DNA from: Clostridia bacterium
Lineage (GTDB): Bacteria > Bacillota > Clostridia > UMGS1840
Assembly: GCA_045656345.1 (NCBI GenBank)
Contig: JAZOQZ010000020.1
Coordinates: forward strand, 1-60,480
Direction of reading: 5' to 3'
Length of the DNA: 60,480 nucleotides
The position numbers and the translations under genes are program-made. The notes beneath the pieces were generated by a model, which saw only the letters and a list, made by a program, of their open reading frames with translations, had not been told where the DNA came from and did no database searches. Shown in pieces: positions 1 to 17,315 of this stretch; within the stretch, counting starts at the first letter, position 1, and each line of letters starts with the position of its first letter.

Positions 1-822
1 ATAGTCCAGTAATTTTCTGAACATTTCGATACCGGTAACAACGATTTTTCTAGCTTCTTCAGCCAGACCAACCAGTTCAACTTCATCGTTTAATTTTAAC
101 TGACCTCTTTCAACTCTACCGGTAGCAACAGTACCACGACCGGTAATGGTGAATACGTCTTCAACGGGCATTAAGAAGGGCAGATCAGCTTTTCTTTCCG
201 GAGTGGGAATGTAAGCGTCAACTTCGTTCATTAATGCTAAAACGGGAGCATATTCGGGAGCGTTCGGGTCGTCAGAAGCACATTCTAATGCTACTAAAGC
301 GGAACCGCTAACGATCGGAATATCATCACCGGGGAATTCATATTCATTTAACAGTTCTCTGATTTCCATTTCAACTAATTCCAGTAATTCGGGATCGTCA
401 ACCTGGTCAGCTTTGTTCATGAATACTACGATATAGGGAACGCCTACCTGACGAGACAGCAGGATGTGTTCTCTGGTCTGGGGCATCGGACCGTCAGCAG
501 CAGATACAACTAAGATAGCGCCGTCCATCTGAGCAGCACCGGTGATCATGTTTTTAACATAGTCAGCATGGCCGGGGCAGTCAACGTGAGCGTAGTGTCT
601 AGCGTCGGTTTCATATTCTACGTGAGCGGTAGAAATGGTGATACCTCTTTCTCTTTCTTCGGGAGCTTTGTCGATCTGATCGTAAGCTTCGTACTGAGCC
701 TGACCTTTTAATGCCAGAACTTTAGTGATAGCAGCGGTTAAGGAAGTTTTACCGTGGTCAACGTGGCCGATAGTACCAATGTTAACGTGCGGTTTGCTTC
801 TTTCGAATTTAGCTTTTGCCAT
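1..822 (-). CDS. tuf: Elongation factor Tu, N-terminal 274 codons (gene runs off the left window edge)
   Basis: Reverse translation from CAT at 820-822 reads [35 protein letters not shown] upstream. Absent from the ORF track because it is edge-truncated. Lies directly downstream of fusA as in the str operon. Confidence 0.95.
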   Translation of the reverse strand, partial: MAKAKFERSKPHVNIGTIGHVDHGKTSLTAAITKVLALKGQAQYEAYDQIDKAPEERERGITISTAHVEYETDARHYAHVDCPGHADYVKNMITGAAQMDGAILVVSAADGPMPQTREHILLSRQVGVPYIVVFMNKADQVDDPELLELVEMEIRELLNEYEFPGDDIPIVSGSALVALECASDDPNAPEYAPVLALMNEVDAYIPTPERKADLPFLMPVEDVFTITGRGTVATGRVERGQLKLNDEVELVGLAEEARKIVVTGIEMFRKLLDY

Positions 823-894
823 TGATAGTTTCCTCCTTCGTGAAGCTTTGCTTCAAGATTTTTGTATAAATAATTTTTTTAATCGAAATAAAGA

Positions 895-2985
895 TTATTC
901 TTCGTCCTTTTTCGCTCTGGTAGCAACGATTTTTTCTGCAATGGACTTCGGCACTTCGTCGAAGTGAGAAGGTTCCATAGAGTACTGACCTCTACCCTGA
1001 GTTTTGGAACGTAAGTCGGTTGCGTAACCAAACATTTCGGAAAGCGGAACATGTGCAGTGATGTTCTGAACACCACCGGTTCTTGCTTCCATACCCTGGA
1101 TCTGACCACGACGGGAGTTTAAGTCACCCATAACGTCGCCCATGTAATCTTCGGGAACAACTACAACAACCTTCATGATGGGCTCTAACAGAACGGGGTT
1201 ACCTTTTCTGCAAGCTTCTTTGAATGCCATAGAACCGGCAATCTTGAACGCCATTTCAGAAGAGTCAACTTCGTGGTAAGAACCATCGTATAAGGTTACT
1301 CTAACGTCTACAACGTTGTAACCTGCCAGTACACCGGTCTGCATTGCGCCCTGGATACCTGCATCAACTGCGGGGATGTATTCCTTCGGAATAGCACCAC
1401 CAACGATTTTGTTAACGAATTCGTAACCAAAACCGGGATCCATGGGTTCAACGATAATTTTACAGTGACCGTACTGACCTTTACCACCGGACTGTCTAGC
1501 GTATTTCTGTTCAACGTTAACTTCTTTACGGATGGTTTCTTTGTAGGATACCTGAGGTTTACCAACATCAGCTTCTACTTTGAATTCACGTAACAGACGG
1601 TCAACGATGATTTCCAAGTGTAATTCGCCCATACCTGCAATAATGGTCTGGCCGGTTTCTTCATCGGTGTAGGTTTTGAAAGTGGGATCTTCTTCAGCTA
1701 ATTTTGCTAAAGCGATACCCATTTTTTCCTGACCTGCTTTGGTTTTGGGTTCAATTGCTACACGGATAACGGGATCCGGGAATTCCATAGATTCTAAGAT
1801 AACGGGTGCAGAATCAACACACAGAGTGTCACCGGTAGTGGTGTTTTTCAGACCAACTGCAGCAGCAATATCACCGGAATATACTTTTTCAATATCCTGT
1901 CTGTGGTTTGCATGCATCTGCAGAATTCTACCGATTCTTTCTTTATGACCTTTGGTAGAGTTCAATACAGTGGAACCTGCATCGATAGTACCGGAATAAA
2001 CTCTGAAGAAGCAGAGTTTACCAACAAAGGGGTCGGTCATAATTTTGAACGCCAACGCAGAGAAGGGTTCTTCATCAGAAGAAGGTCTAGTGGTGGGTTC
2101 ATCGGTATCGGGATTGATACCTTTGATTGCTTCGATATCAGTCGGAGCAGGCATATAGTCGATAACTGCGTCTAAGAGCAGCTGAACGCCTTTGTTTCTG
2201 TAAGAAGTACCACACAGTACGGGAACGATGGTATTATCCAGAGTTCCTTTACGGAGAGCTTCTTTGATTTCTGCAGTGGTAATTTCTTCTTCCATCAGAT
2301 ATTTTTCCATTAACTCTTCAGAAGTTTCTGCAACAGCTTCTAATAAGTTTGCGCGGAATTCATCTGCTTTGTCTTTCATATCTGCGGGAATGTCTTCAAT
2401 TCTTAAGTCCTGACCCATGTCATCATAATATACATGAGCATTCATTTCTACCAGGTCGATAATACCAACAAAGGTATCTTCTGCGCCGATAGGCAGCTGA
2501 ATCGGAACAGCATTACAGCCAAGTCTGTCTTTCATCATGTCAACAACGTTGTAGAAGTTGGCACCCATGATATCCATCTTGTTTACATAAGCCATTCTCG
2601 GAACTTTGTAATCGTCAGCCTGTCTCCAAACGGTTTCAGACTGAGGTTCAACGCCACCTTTTGCACAGAATACGGTAACGGAACCGTCCAATACTCTTAA
2701 AGAACGCTGTACTTCAACGGTGAAGTCAACGTGACCGGGAGTATCGATGATGTTGATTCTGTGGCCTTTCCACTGAGCAGTGGTAGCAGCGGAGGTAATG
2801 GTAATACCTCTTTCCTGTTCCTGAGCCATCCAGTCCATAGTTGCGGAACCTTCGTGGGTTTCACCAATTTTATGAACACGACCGGTATAGTATAAAATAC
2901 GTTCGGTAGTAGTGGTCTTACCTGCATCGATATGAGCCATAATACCGATATTTCTGGTTTTTTCTAAAGAAAATTCTCTTGCCAT
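895..2985 (-). CDS. fusA: Elongation factor G
   Basis: 696-aa ORF with [14 protein letters not shown] and NKMD GTPase motifs. Position rpsG-fusA-tuf. Confidence 0.97.
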   Translation of the reverse strand: MAREFSLEKTRNIGIMAHIDAGKTTTTERILYYTGRVHKIGETHEGSATMDWMAQEQERGITITSAATTAQWKGHRINIIDTPGHVDFTVEVQRSLRVLDGSVTVFCAKGGVEPQSETVWRQADDYKVPRMAYVNKMDIMGANFYNVVDMMKDRLGCNAVPIQLPIGAEDTFVGIIDLVEMNAHVYYDDMGQDLRIEDIPADMKDKADEFRANLLEAVAETSEELMEKYLMEEEITTAEIKEALRKGTLDNTIVPVLCGTSYRNKGVQLLLDAVIDYMPAPTDIEAIKGINPDTDEPTTRPSSDEEPFSALAFKIMTDPFVGKLCFFRVYSGTIDAGSTVLNSTKGHKERIGRILQMHANHRQDIEKVYSGDIAAAVGLKNTTTGDTLCVDSAPVILESMEFPDPVIRVAIEPKTKAGQEKMGIALAKLAEEDPTFKTYTDEETGQTIIAGMGELHLEIIVDRLLREFKVEADVGKPQVSYKETIRKEVNVEQKYARQSGGKGQYGHCKIIVEPMDPGFGYEFVNKIVGGAIPKEYIPAVDAGIQGAMQTGVLAGYNVVDVRVTLYDGSYHEVDSSEMAFKIAGSMAFKEACRKGNPVLLEPIMKVVVVVPEDYMGDVMGDLNSRRGQIQGMEARTGGVQNITAHVPLSEMFGYATDLRSKTQGRGQYSMEPSHFDEVPKSIAEKIVATRAKKDEE

Positions 2986-3069
2986 GCTTTACTCACTTCC
3001 TTTCTTGGAGTAAAGGCAAACGGGAAATTTTTTCCCGCTGTGCCCAATTTTCAACTTGCTAATAAAAAA

Positions 3070-3540
3070 TTAGAATCTGTAATGAGAGAATGCTTTGTTA
3101 GCTTCTGCCATTTTATGCATTTCGTCTCTTTTCTTAACTGCACCGCCGGTGCTGTTGATAGCGTCTAAGATTTCGTTAGCCAGTCTTTCTTTCATGGTTC
3201 TTTCGCTACGTTTTCTGGAATACAGAGTAATCCATCTTAAGCCTAAAGTCTGTCTTCTGTCAGGACGAACTTCGATGGGCACCTGATAGGTAGCACCACC
3301 CACACGTCTTGCTTTAACTTCTAATACAGGCATAACATTGTTCATTGCTTCTAAGAACACGGATAAGGGTTCTTTTCCGGTTTTTTCCTGAACAATTTCA
3401 AACGCACCATAAACAATTTTCTGGGCTACACCTTTTTTACCGTCAATCATAACGTTGTTGATTAATCTGGTTACGATTTTATCATTGTACAACGGATCGG
3501 GTAAAACGTCTCTTTTTACTACATTACCTCTTCTCGGCAC
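3070..3540 (-). CDS. rpsG: 30S ribosomal protein S7
   Basis: 156 aa, [18 protein letters not shown]..., typical S7. GTG start at 3538-3540 behind GGGGGAAG. Confidence 0.96.
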   Translation of the reverse strand: MPRRGNVVKRDVLPDPLYNDKIVTRLINNVMIDGKKGVAQKIVYGAFEIVQEKTGKEPLSVFLEAMNNVMPVLEVKARRVGGATYQVPIEVRPDRRQTLGLRWITLYSRKRSERTMKERLANEILDAINSTGGAVKKRDEMHKMAEANKAFSHYRF

Positions 3541-3727
3541 TGTACTTCCCCCTTTCTAAGGATAAATCATAATAATATTATCGGGTACTCAAGCTTCACC
3601 ATTTTCAGGCTTATCTTGTTAGTGCTGGTGACGAACATCTTAATTTTATGAAGATTCGCACTTGCACTATTTAGTTGGTTCTCGTACAAAGTACGAATAA
3701 GTTTTCCAAATAAGTTAAGCAGCTTTA

Positions 3728-4150
3728 TTATTTCGCAGCTTTTTTCGGTCTTTTAGCGCCGTATTTGGATCTGGACTGATTTCTGTTTGCAACACCCTGA
3801 GTATCTAAGGTACCACGGATGATATGATATCTAACACCGGGTAAGTCTTTTACTCTGCCGCCTCTGATCATAACAACGCTGTGTTCCTGCAGGTTATGAC
3901 CGATGCCGGGGATGTACGCAGACACTTCAATACCATTGGTCAGTCTTACTCTGGCAATTTTACGCAGTGCAGAGTTAGGCTTTTTAGGAGTCATGGTTTT
4001 AACAGCTGTACATACTCCTCTTTTCTGGGGGGAGGAAATGTCAGTTGCCTGCTTTTTCAAGGTGTTCATACCTTTCTGAAGAGCAGGAGCAGTAGACTTG
4101 GTAACAGCTACCTGTCTGCCTTTTCTAACTAATTGGCTGAATGTGGGCAT
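3728..4150 (-). CDS. rpsL: 30S ribosomal protein S12
   Basis: 140 aa, [13 protein letters not shown]..., with the [10 protein letters not shown] segment. Upstream of rpsG. Confidence 0.97.
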   Translation of the reverse strand: MPTFSQLVRKGRQVAVTKSTAPALQKGMNTLKKQATDISSPQKRGVCTAVKTMTPKKPNSALRKIARVRLTNGIEVSAYIPGIGHNLQEHSVVMIRGGRVKDLPGVRYHIIRGTLDTQGVANRNQSRSKYGAKRPKKAAK

Positions 4151-4311
4151 CTTGTTTCTCCTTTCATAAAAATTAAAATGTTCTACCAGGCAATCTGCCT
4201 GTTTTCACGATTTTTTCAAACGAAAAATCGCAAAAACAAGCGGATTGGCACAAATAAAATAGGTGCAAGGGCAGACTACTCCCTTACAATTTTTACACAT
4301 TTTTTTAAAAT

Positions 4312-4557
4312 TTACTGTTTCAACACCACTGCAACAGATGCCTTTACGTCAATCCCGCAAAGCTCACCCAATTCCTTTTTGGTGGCAATTTCAGTAACGG
4401 GGATGTTCTTCCCGGAACACAGCCGTAAGAAGGGTTCCAAGATGGTGGGTGCCACATCTTTTGCCACATAAGCCAAAGATACAGTTCCCTCTTCCACTGC
4501 CTTGGTACACTGTTTGATTCCAACTAATTTTTGCTCACCGGACAACTCCGAAAGCAT
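4312..4557 (-). CDS. L7Ae-family ribosome-associated protein (YbxF/RplGB-like)
   Basis: The ORF track starts at 4593. I trimmed to the internal Met (MLSELSGEQKLVGIKQCTKAVEEG...), typical of the small L7Ae-like protein found between rpoC and rpsL in Firmicutes. Confidence 0.75.
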   Translation of the reverse strand: MLSELSGEQKLVGIKQCTKAVEEGTVSLAYVAKDVAPTILEPFLRLCSGKNIPVTEIATKKELGELCGIDVKASVAVVLKQ

Positions 4558-4660
4558 AAGAACACACCACTTTCTAATATGATATATTAGCACGAAAAAG
4601 TCAAAATGTCAATATCTTTATGAATTTTTTTATTTTTTTCTTCCAAATAGAAACGAAAGC

Positions 4661-4697
4661 CCATCATCGGAAATCTTTTGACGATTTCCGATGATGG
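4661..4697 (-). terminator. Perfect 15-bp hairpin just downstream of rpoC (terminator or attenuator)
   Basis: ccatcatcggaaatc / gatttccgatgatgg with a 7-nt loop. On the minus strand it is followed by a moderately T-rich tract. Confidence 0.5.
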
Positions 4698-4711
4698 ATT
4701 CCAAACATCAA

Positions 4712-8302
<3,591 letters not shown>

Positions 8303-8356
8303 TGACTCTCATCCTTTACTAAAGTTTTACCCGATTTTCCTGTAATCATGTAAGCA

Positions 8357-8389
8357 CCTGCCCCGAAGCCCCAAGGCCTCGGGGACAGG
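8357..8389 (-). promoter_or_regulatory. GC-rich imperfect hairpin in the 95-nt rpoB-rpoC spacer
   Basis: cctgccccgaagcc / ggcctcggggacagg, about 13 bp with one mismatch and one bulge. No T-run follows on the minus strand. Confidence 0.3.
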
Positions 8390-8397
8390 TAAAGTCA

Positions 8398-12330
<3,933 letters not shown>

Positions 12331-12507
12331 AAAAATCACCTCTTCTAAAAATTTACCTCATGGAAGTCACCGACTCTTCCGTTTTTGGGGGAAGAAAAAC
12401 CGATGCTTTCGTGCACAATTGCCAGTTATTTTACCCGATATTCTAAGAATATCCGATAAAATATACTTATAAATAGGAACACTTTTCCATTAAAATGCGG
12501 TTATATC

Positions 12508-12536
12508 ATAATATCATTAAAAGTCAAGATTGTCAA
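12508..12536 (-). promoter_or_regulatory. Candidate sigma-A promoter for rpoBC
   Basis: Minus strand TTGACA, 17-nt spacer, TATTAT. Leaves a leader of about 170 nt. Confidence 0.4.
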
Positions 12537-12642
12537 GCCTTTTTTTTAAATTTTTTTCATTTATGAAAGTTATTTTGTTATCCAATTGTTTGTATTTGTT
12601 GAAATTGTACAAAAAAATAGAAAAATATCGTACAAATTTCAG

Positions 12643-12671
12643 TTGATTTTTTCAAAAAGATATTGTATAAT
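12643..12671 (+). promoter_or_regulatory. Candidate sigma-A promoter for the EF-G paralog
   Basis: TTGATT, 17-nt spacer, TATAAT. Leader of about 185 nt before the TTG start. Confidence 0.4.
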
Positions 12672-12856
12672 GAAACTATCATCAATCAAATACCGTTTCT
12701 CCCCAACAAAATCGGCTTTGCATCCACCGATGTTTGGCATCAAAGCGAAAGAATACGCATATTTTTTGGATAAAAAGAAAGCCCGATTTTCCGTGGGTTT
12801 TGAATTTTGTATTTTATTGGATTGCAAAAAGATCAAAAAAGAGAGGATGAGTTCAT

Positions 12857-14929
12857 TTGGACTACAATGTAAAAAACATCAGAAACATCGCATTGGCTGC
12901 ACACGGCGGCTGCGGTAAAACCGCATTGGCAGAAGCTATGCTTCTCAATATGAAGGAAATTGACAGACTGGGTAAAATTGTTGACGGTAACACCGTTATG
13001 GACTATAACCCCGAAGAAATCAAACGCGGTATTTCAATCTCTACTGCAATTTCCAGCGGTGAATGGAAAGATACAAAAATTAATATTATAGATACTCCCG
13101 GTTTTTTTGATTTTGAAGGTGAATTGGCTTGCGGTCTTCGTGCTGCAGACGCAGTGGTTATTTTGGTAAGCGGTAAATCCGGCGTTGGCGTTGGTTCTGA
13201 ACACGCCTGGGACTATGCGGAACGCAAAAATATGCCCAAAATTATCTACATCAATGATATTGATGATGAACATGCAAACTACACTCAGGTGGTAAATCAG
13301 TTAAAAGAAGTGTTCGGTAAATCCGTTGCTCCTTTCTATGTGCCCTTAAAGGTTGATAATTTCGTAACCGGTTATGTGGATTTGATTCACGACCGTGCAA
13401 GAGACTTTACCACCAAAGAAAACATTCCGATTACCGATCCTATGAGAGCTGCCTGCGCAGACATCAAAGACCAGATGTATGAAGCAATCGCAGAAACCGA
13501 TGAAGCTTTGATGGATAAATATTTTGCAGGCGAAGAATTCTCTTCCGAAGAAATCCTGGCTGCTGTGAGAAAAGGTGTTGCAAACTGCGAAATCACTCCC
13601 GTTATGTTCGGCTCCAGTACCCACGATATCGGTATCAAAGGTTTACTCAACGCAATCAAAGACTATTTCCCCTCTCCCGATGAAGCAAAACCTGAAAAAG
13701 CTATCAATCTGGATACCGAGGAAGAAGTTGTTCTGGAAATGAAAGAATCCGATCCCACCAGATTATTCGTATTCAAAACCATTTCCGACCCCTTTGTTGG
13801 AAAACTCTCTATCTTTAAAGTATTGTCCGGCAAATTAACTGCTGATTCCACCTTATACAATATTACAAGAGATAAAGAAGAAAAAATTGGTAAACTGTAC
13901 TTACCCAAAGGCAAAAAACAGGTAGAAACCAAAGAACTGATTGCAGGGGATATTGGTTGCGTGGCAAAACTTGCCGTTACCAAAACCGGCGACACCCTGG
14001 CTGCCAAGAACGATAAATTAGAAGTTAAGAAAATTAAATTACCCACTCCTCACGTGAAAATGGCTATCGTGTCCAAAGAAAAAGGAGACGAAGAAAAAAT
14101 CGGTTCCGGTTTGGCGAAACTCCGTGAAGAAGATCCCACTATCAGCTACTATAATGATGCAGAAACCCGTCAGTTTATCTTATGCGGCGTGGGCGAACAG
14201 CATTTGGAAGTGATTCAGAGTAAATTAAAAACCAGATTCGGTGTTGACTTTACATTACAGGAACCCATCGTTGCTTACCGTGAAAAAATCAAACGTAAAG
14301 TTTCCGCTGAAGGCAAACATAAAAAACAGTCCGGCGGTCACGGTCAGTTCGGTCATTGCTGGATTGAATTTGAACCCCATGAAGAAGACGATTTAATCTT
14401 TGGCGAAAGAGTTGTGGGCGGTGCAGTTCCCAAGAACTACTTCCCCGCTGTGGAAAAAGGTTTAAGAGAAAGCATCCTGCACGGCGTGCTGGCAGGTTAT
14501 CCCGTGGTTGGCTTGAAAGCTACTCTGTATGACGGCTCCTACCATCCCGTTGACTCTTCTGAAATGGCGTTCAAAATGGCAGCTCACAAAGCTTATATGA
14601 AAGGCTTAGCTGATGCAATGCCCTGCATCTTAGAACCCATCGGTGCATTAAAAGTTATCGTTCCCAACGATTACATGGGTGACGTTATCGGTGATATCAA
14701 TAAACGCCGCGGCAGAATTATGGGTATGACTCCCGTAAATTCCAAGCTCCAGGAAATTGATGCAGAAGTGCCCATTTCCGAAATGGCGAAATACTCCACC
14801 GACCTGCGCTCCATGACCCAGGGCAGAGGCAAATTTGAATTTGACTTTGTTCGTTACGAAGAAGCTCCTGCAAACGTGGCTGAAAAAGTTATTGCAGACA
14901 GTAAGTTCGTACGTTCCGAAGAAGATTAA
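12857..14929 (+). CDS. EF-G-like translational GTPase paralog (EF-G II type)
   Basis: 690 aa. TTG start after GAGAGGA. AHGGCGKT P-loop, DTPGFFDF and EF-G domains II-V recognisable ([24 protein letters not shown]). G4 reads NDID instead of NKxD. Confidence 0.9.
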   Translation: MDYNVKNIRNIALAAHGGCGKTALAEAMLLNMKEIDRLGKIVDGNTVMDYNPEEIKRGISISTAISSGEWKDTKINIIDTPGFFDFEGELACGLRAADAVVILVSGKSGVGVGSEHAWDYAERKNMPKIIYINDIDDEHANYTQVVNQLKEVFGKSVAPFYVPLKVDNFVTGYVDLIHDRARDFTTKENIPITDPMRAACADIKDQMYEAIAETDEALMDKYFAGEEFSSEEILAAVRKGVANCEITPVMFGSSTHDIGIKGLLNAIKDYFPSPDEAKPEKAINLDTEEEVVLEMKESDPTRLFVFKTISDPFVGKLSIFKVLSGKLTADSTLYNITRDKEEKIGKLYLPKGKKQVETKELIAGDIGCVAKLAVTKTGDTLAAKNDKLEVKKIKLPTPHVKMAIVSKEKGDEEKIGSGLAKLREEDPTISYYNDAETRQFILCGVGEQHLEVIQSKLKTRFGVDFTLQEPIVAYREKIKRKVSAEGKHKKQSGGHGQFGHCWIEFEPHEEDDLIFGERVVGGAVPKNYFPAVEKGLRESILHGVLAGYPVVGLKATLYDGSYHPVDSSEMAFKMAAHKAYMKGLADAMPCILEPIGALKVIVPNDYMGDVIGDINKRRGRIMGMTPVNSKLQEIDAEVPISEMAKYSTDLRSMTQGRGKFEFDFVRYEEAPANVAEKVIADSKFVRSEED

Positions 14930-14946
14930 TTTGGTCTATCAATTTT

Positions 14947-15070
14947 GCGCAGAACATTTCATTATGAACGAAACAAACCCTCGACGTACCTTTGTACGCC
15001 TTCGGGCTTATAGGCTTCGCCTTTCTTTCGTTCATTCTGCATCCAAATTTCTTAGCCCAAATACATTACC
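14947..15070. repeat. Long imperfect palindromic intergenic element, copy A (inverted relative to copy B)
   Basis: Core ccctcgacgtac-cttt-gtacgccttcggg at 14978-15006. Outer arms atgaacgaaa / tttcgttcat and an ...attctgcatcc arm. Confidence 0.6.
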
Positions 15071-15094
15071 AAAATTCAGTACCAAAAAACAAAA

Positions 15095-15124
15095 ACTCCC
15101 GTCCGATGTTGGACGGGAGTTTTG
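15095..15124. terminator. Bidirectional rho-independent terminator between the convergent EF-G paralog and purF-like gene
   Basis: actcccgtcc-gatgtt-ggacgggagt, a 10-bp GC-rich stem with an A-run upstream and a T-run downstream. Confidence 0.75.
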
Positions 15125-15169
15125 TTATTAATATAGTATAGAAGTTTTTAGTAATTTACACACATCAGT

Positions 15170-15270
15170 GTAATGGAAAAACGGATGCAGAATTGAAGTA
15201 TTTCAAGGGTTTACCCGTCCCGAAGGCGTACGTGCTGTACGTCGAGGGTGAAATAATTCGGTTATGCGCC
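15170..15270. repeat. Long imperfect palindromic intergenic element, copy B
   Basis: Core cccgaaggcgtac-gtgct-gtacgtcgaggg at 15219-15248, preceded by gtaatgg...ggatgcagaatt. Matches the reverse complement of copy A. Confidence 0.6.
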
Positions 15271-15274
15271 GTTT

Positions 15275-16699
15275 TTACTTGCAAGTCCCGGGGCATTCTT
15301 TGCCGTCCCAACAGTATGTGCATAACTTACATTTGTCTAAGCCGATAGATTCCACCATATCATCCAGGCGATGATATTTTAAGGTGGTGAAGCCCATTTC
15401 TTTGCGGATAGCTTCCACCATTTCCTGGTAGTTTTCGTGGTCGGGATTGGTGTAGGTTTCCATTGTTTTTTCGTCCACGTTGTCACCTTCGCGCAGGGCA
15501 ATCATACGACGGGCAATTAAGTCCATATCGGAGCCGGAACGGGAAAAGTTCAGGTATTTACAGCCGAACATAATGGGAGGACAAGCAGGACGGATATGAA
15601 CCTGTTTGGCACCTCTCTTATATAAAAATTCAGCAGTTTCCCGAAGCTGAGTTCCGCGAACGATGGAGTCGTCAATTAAAACCATATCTTTATTACGGAT
15701 GAGTTCTTCCACGGGGATGAGCTTCATTTTTGCAATTTTGTTTCGTTCGGTCTGCACCTGAGGCATAAAGGAACGGGCCCAGGTGGGCGTGTATTTAATG
15801 AAGGGACGTGCAAAAGGAATTTCGGATTTATTGGCATAACCCACGGCGTGTGCAGTTCCCGAATCAGGTACCCCTGCTACCATGTGTGCCTGCACATCGT
15901 CACGCTTCGCAAGAAGTTCCCCGCATTTATAACGCATCTGTTCCACATTCACACCTTCGTAGGTGGAGGTGGGATAACCGAAATATACCCACAAGAAGCT
16001 ACAGATTTTCATTTCTTCGCCGGGTTCCTGCAGGGTTTGGTAGCCATCCGGAGTTACCAGGGCGATTTCCCCGGGACCCAATTCTTTTTCTTGAGTGTAT
16101 CCTAAATTAAAGTACGCAAAGCTTTCAAAGGTGACACAGCGTGCACCGTCTTTTTTACCGATGATTAAAGGAGTTCTGCCCACGCGGTCACGAGCCGCAT
16201 AGATACCTTTGGTGGTCAGCACCAACATAGACATGGATCCTTCAATTTTTTCCTGCGCAAAATGAATTCCTTCCACAATGGAGTCACACTGGTTAATTAA
16301 AGAAGCCACCAGCTCGGTCTGGTTAATCTGACCGCCGCTCATTTCCAGAAAATGAGGATTCCCTTTGGAAAAAGCTAATTTCACCAGTTCATCGGTGTTG
16401 TTGATTCTGCCCACAGTGGTGATGGCAAAATTGCCTAAGTGACTACGAACAATTAAAGGTTGGGGGTCGGTGTCGGAAATACAGCCGATGCCGTAGTTCC
16501 CCTCCATTTCTTCTAAGTCACGACCGAATTTAATACGGAAAGGAGAGTTTTCAATATTATGAATGGCTCTGTTGAAACCGTTTTTTCCCAAAACAGCAAG
16601 TCCGCCGCGTTTGGTGCCTAAGTGAGAATGATAGTCGGTGCCGAAAAATAAGTCCAGTACGCAATCCTCTTTGGATGCTACGCCAAAAATTCCACCCAT
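15275..16699 (-). CDS. Amidophosphoribosyltransferase-like protein (PurF family) lacking the N-terminal Cys nucleophile
   Basis: Trimmed to the ATG at 16697-16699 behind AAAGGAG. Starts MGGIFGV where PurF has (M)CGI/VxG. PRPP loop VLIDDSIVRGTQL is intact. PurF-type C-terminal CxxCxxC...G segment present. Confidence 0.85.
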   Translation of the reverse strand: MGGIFGVASKEDCVLDLFFGTDYHSHLGTKRGGLAVLGKNGFNRAIHNIENSPFRIKFGRDLEEMEGNYGIGCISDTDPQPLIVRSHLGNFAITTVGRINNTDELVKLAFSKGNPHFLEMSGGQINQTELVASLINQCDSIVEGIHFAQEKIEGSMSMLVLTTKGIYAARDRVGRTPLIIGKKDGARCVTFESFAYFNLGYTQEKELGPGEIALVTPDGYQTLQEPGEEMKICSFLWVYFGYPTSTYEGVNVEQMRYKCGELLAKRDDVQAHMVAGVPDSGTAHAVGYANKSEIPFARPFIKYTPTWARSFMPQVQTERNKIAKMKLIPVEELIRNKDMVLIDDSIVRGTQLRETAEFLYKRGAKQVHIRPACPPIMFGCKYLNFSRSGSDMDLIARRMIALREGDNVDEKTMETYTNPDHENYQEMVEAIRKEMGFTTLKYHRLDDMVESIGLDKCKLCTYCWDGKECPGTCK

Positions 16700-16915
16700 A
16701 TTTTTAGTCTCCTTTATCTGACAAAATAATCGCATAATATCACACGATACTTGTATTATACACGATTTTTTAAAAAATTGCAACCCTATTTCCCAAAAAA
16801 ACACCGACGAATCTTTGGTAATTTCTCCAATGTTTTTTAGGGAAAACAGACAATTCTTTCAATGAAAAAACTCGCAGAGAGTATTCTCCACGAGTTTTTC
16901 TTTGTTTTTTGTTTT

Positions 16916-17314
16916 TTATTTCTTTTTGAAGGTAAAAAACTTCTGAAGCAAAAATGTAACGGGAACACCGATTGCCGCCGCCAAAACGGATGCAATCAGA
17001 TGATGCCATCCCAAAATATTGTAGACGAAAAAGACCACACCGTTCTGAATTAAAAAATTAGGAACGGTTGCAATGGCATATTTTACCAGTTTTCCCCAAG
17101 AGAGTTTTTCACAGAAGGTGAATCGGCTGTTAAGCAAATAGGATACCAGAAATCCTGCCAGATATCCCACCACATAGGCAACATTTACCCCCAGTAAATC
17201 TGCCAGCACGGCAGACAACACAATGGTGGTTAAGGTGTTTACCACGCCGATTGCCACAAAGATGATAAAATCCTTTTTTAAGAAAAGATTTTTTATTTTA
17301 TCTAAAAATTTCAT
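16916..17314 (-). CDS. GtrA-family membrane protein
   Basis: 132 aa with four predicted TM helices and the ...NSRFTF... motif typical of GtrA-like proteins. Its start codon lies 1 nt after the gpmI stop. Confidence 0.75.
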   Translation of the reverse strand: MKFLDKIKNLFLKKDFIIFVAIGVVNTLTTIVLSAVLADLLGVNVAYVVGYLAGFLVSYLLNSRFTFCEKLSWGKLVKYAIATVPNFLIQNGVVFFVYNILGWHHLIASVLAAAIGVPVTFLLQKFFTFKKK

Positions 17315-17315
17315 C

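Noticed and set aside
12586-12918. 110-aa ORF spanning the EF-G-paralog promoter/leader, as a possible leader peptide (Tet(M)-style attenuation)
   Set aside because: It is far too long for a leader peptide, starts upstream of the predicted promoter, and overlaps the real start in another frame. I found no short RBS-preceded leader ORF, and only weak hairpins in the leader.
14978-15006. tRNA-fMet-derived origin of the palindromic elements (shared CCCGAAGG; copy A reads ctataagcccgaaggcg vs tRNA ctcataacccgaaggtcg)
   Set aside because: The similarity is limited to about 17 nt with indels and is seen clearly only in copy A. It is too short to distinguish from chance or convergence without a genome-wide alignment of copies.
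16700-16760. Purine riboswitch or T-box upstream of the purF-like gene
   Set aside because: The distance from the predicted -10 to the start codon is only about 55 nt, and no conserved riboswitch core could be recognised.
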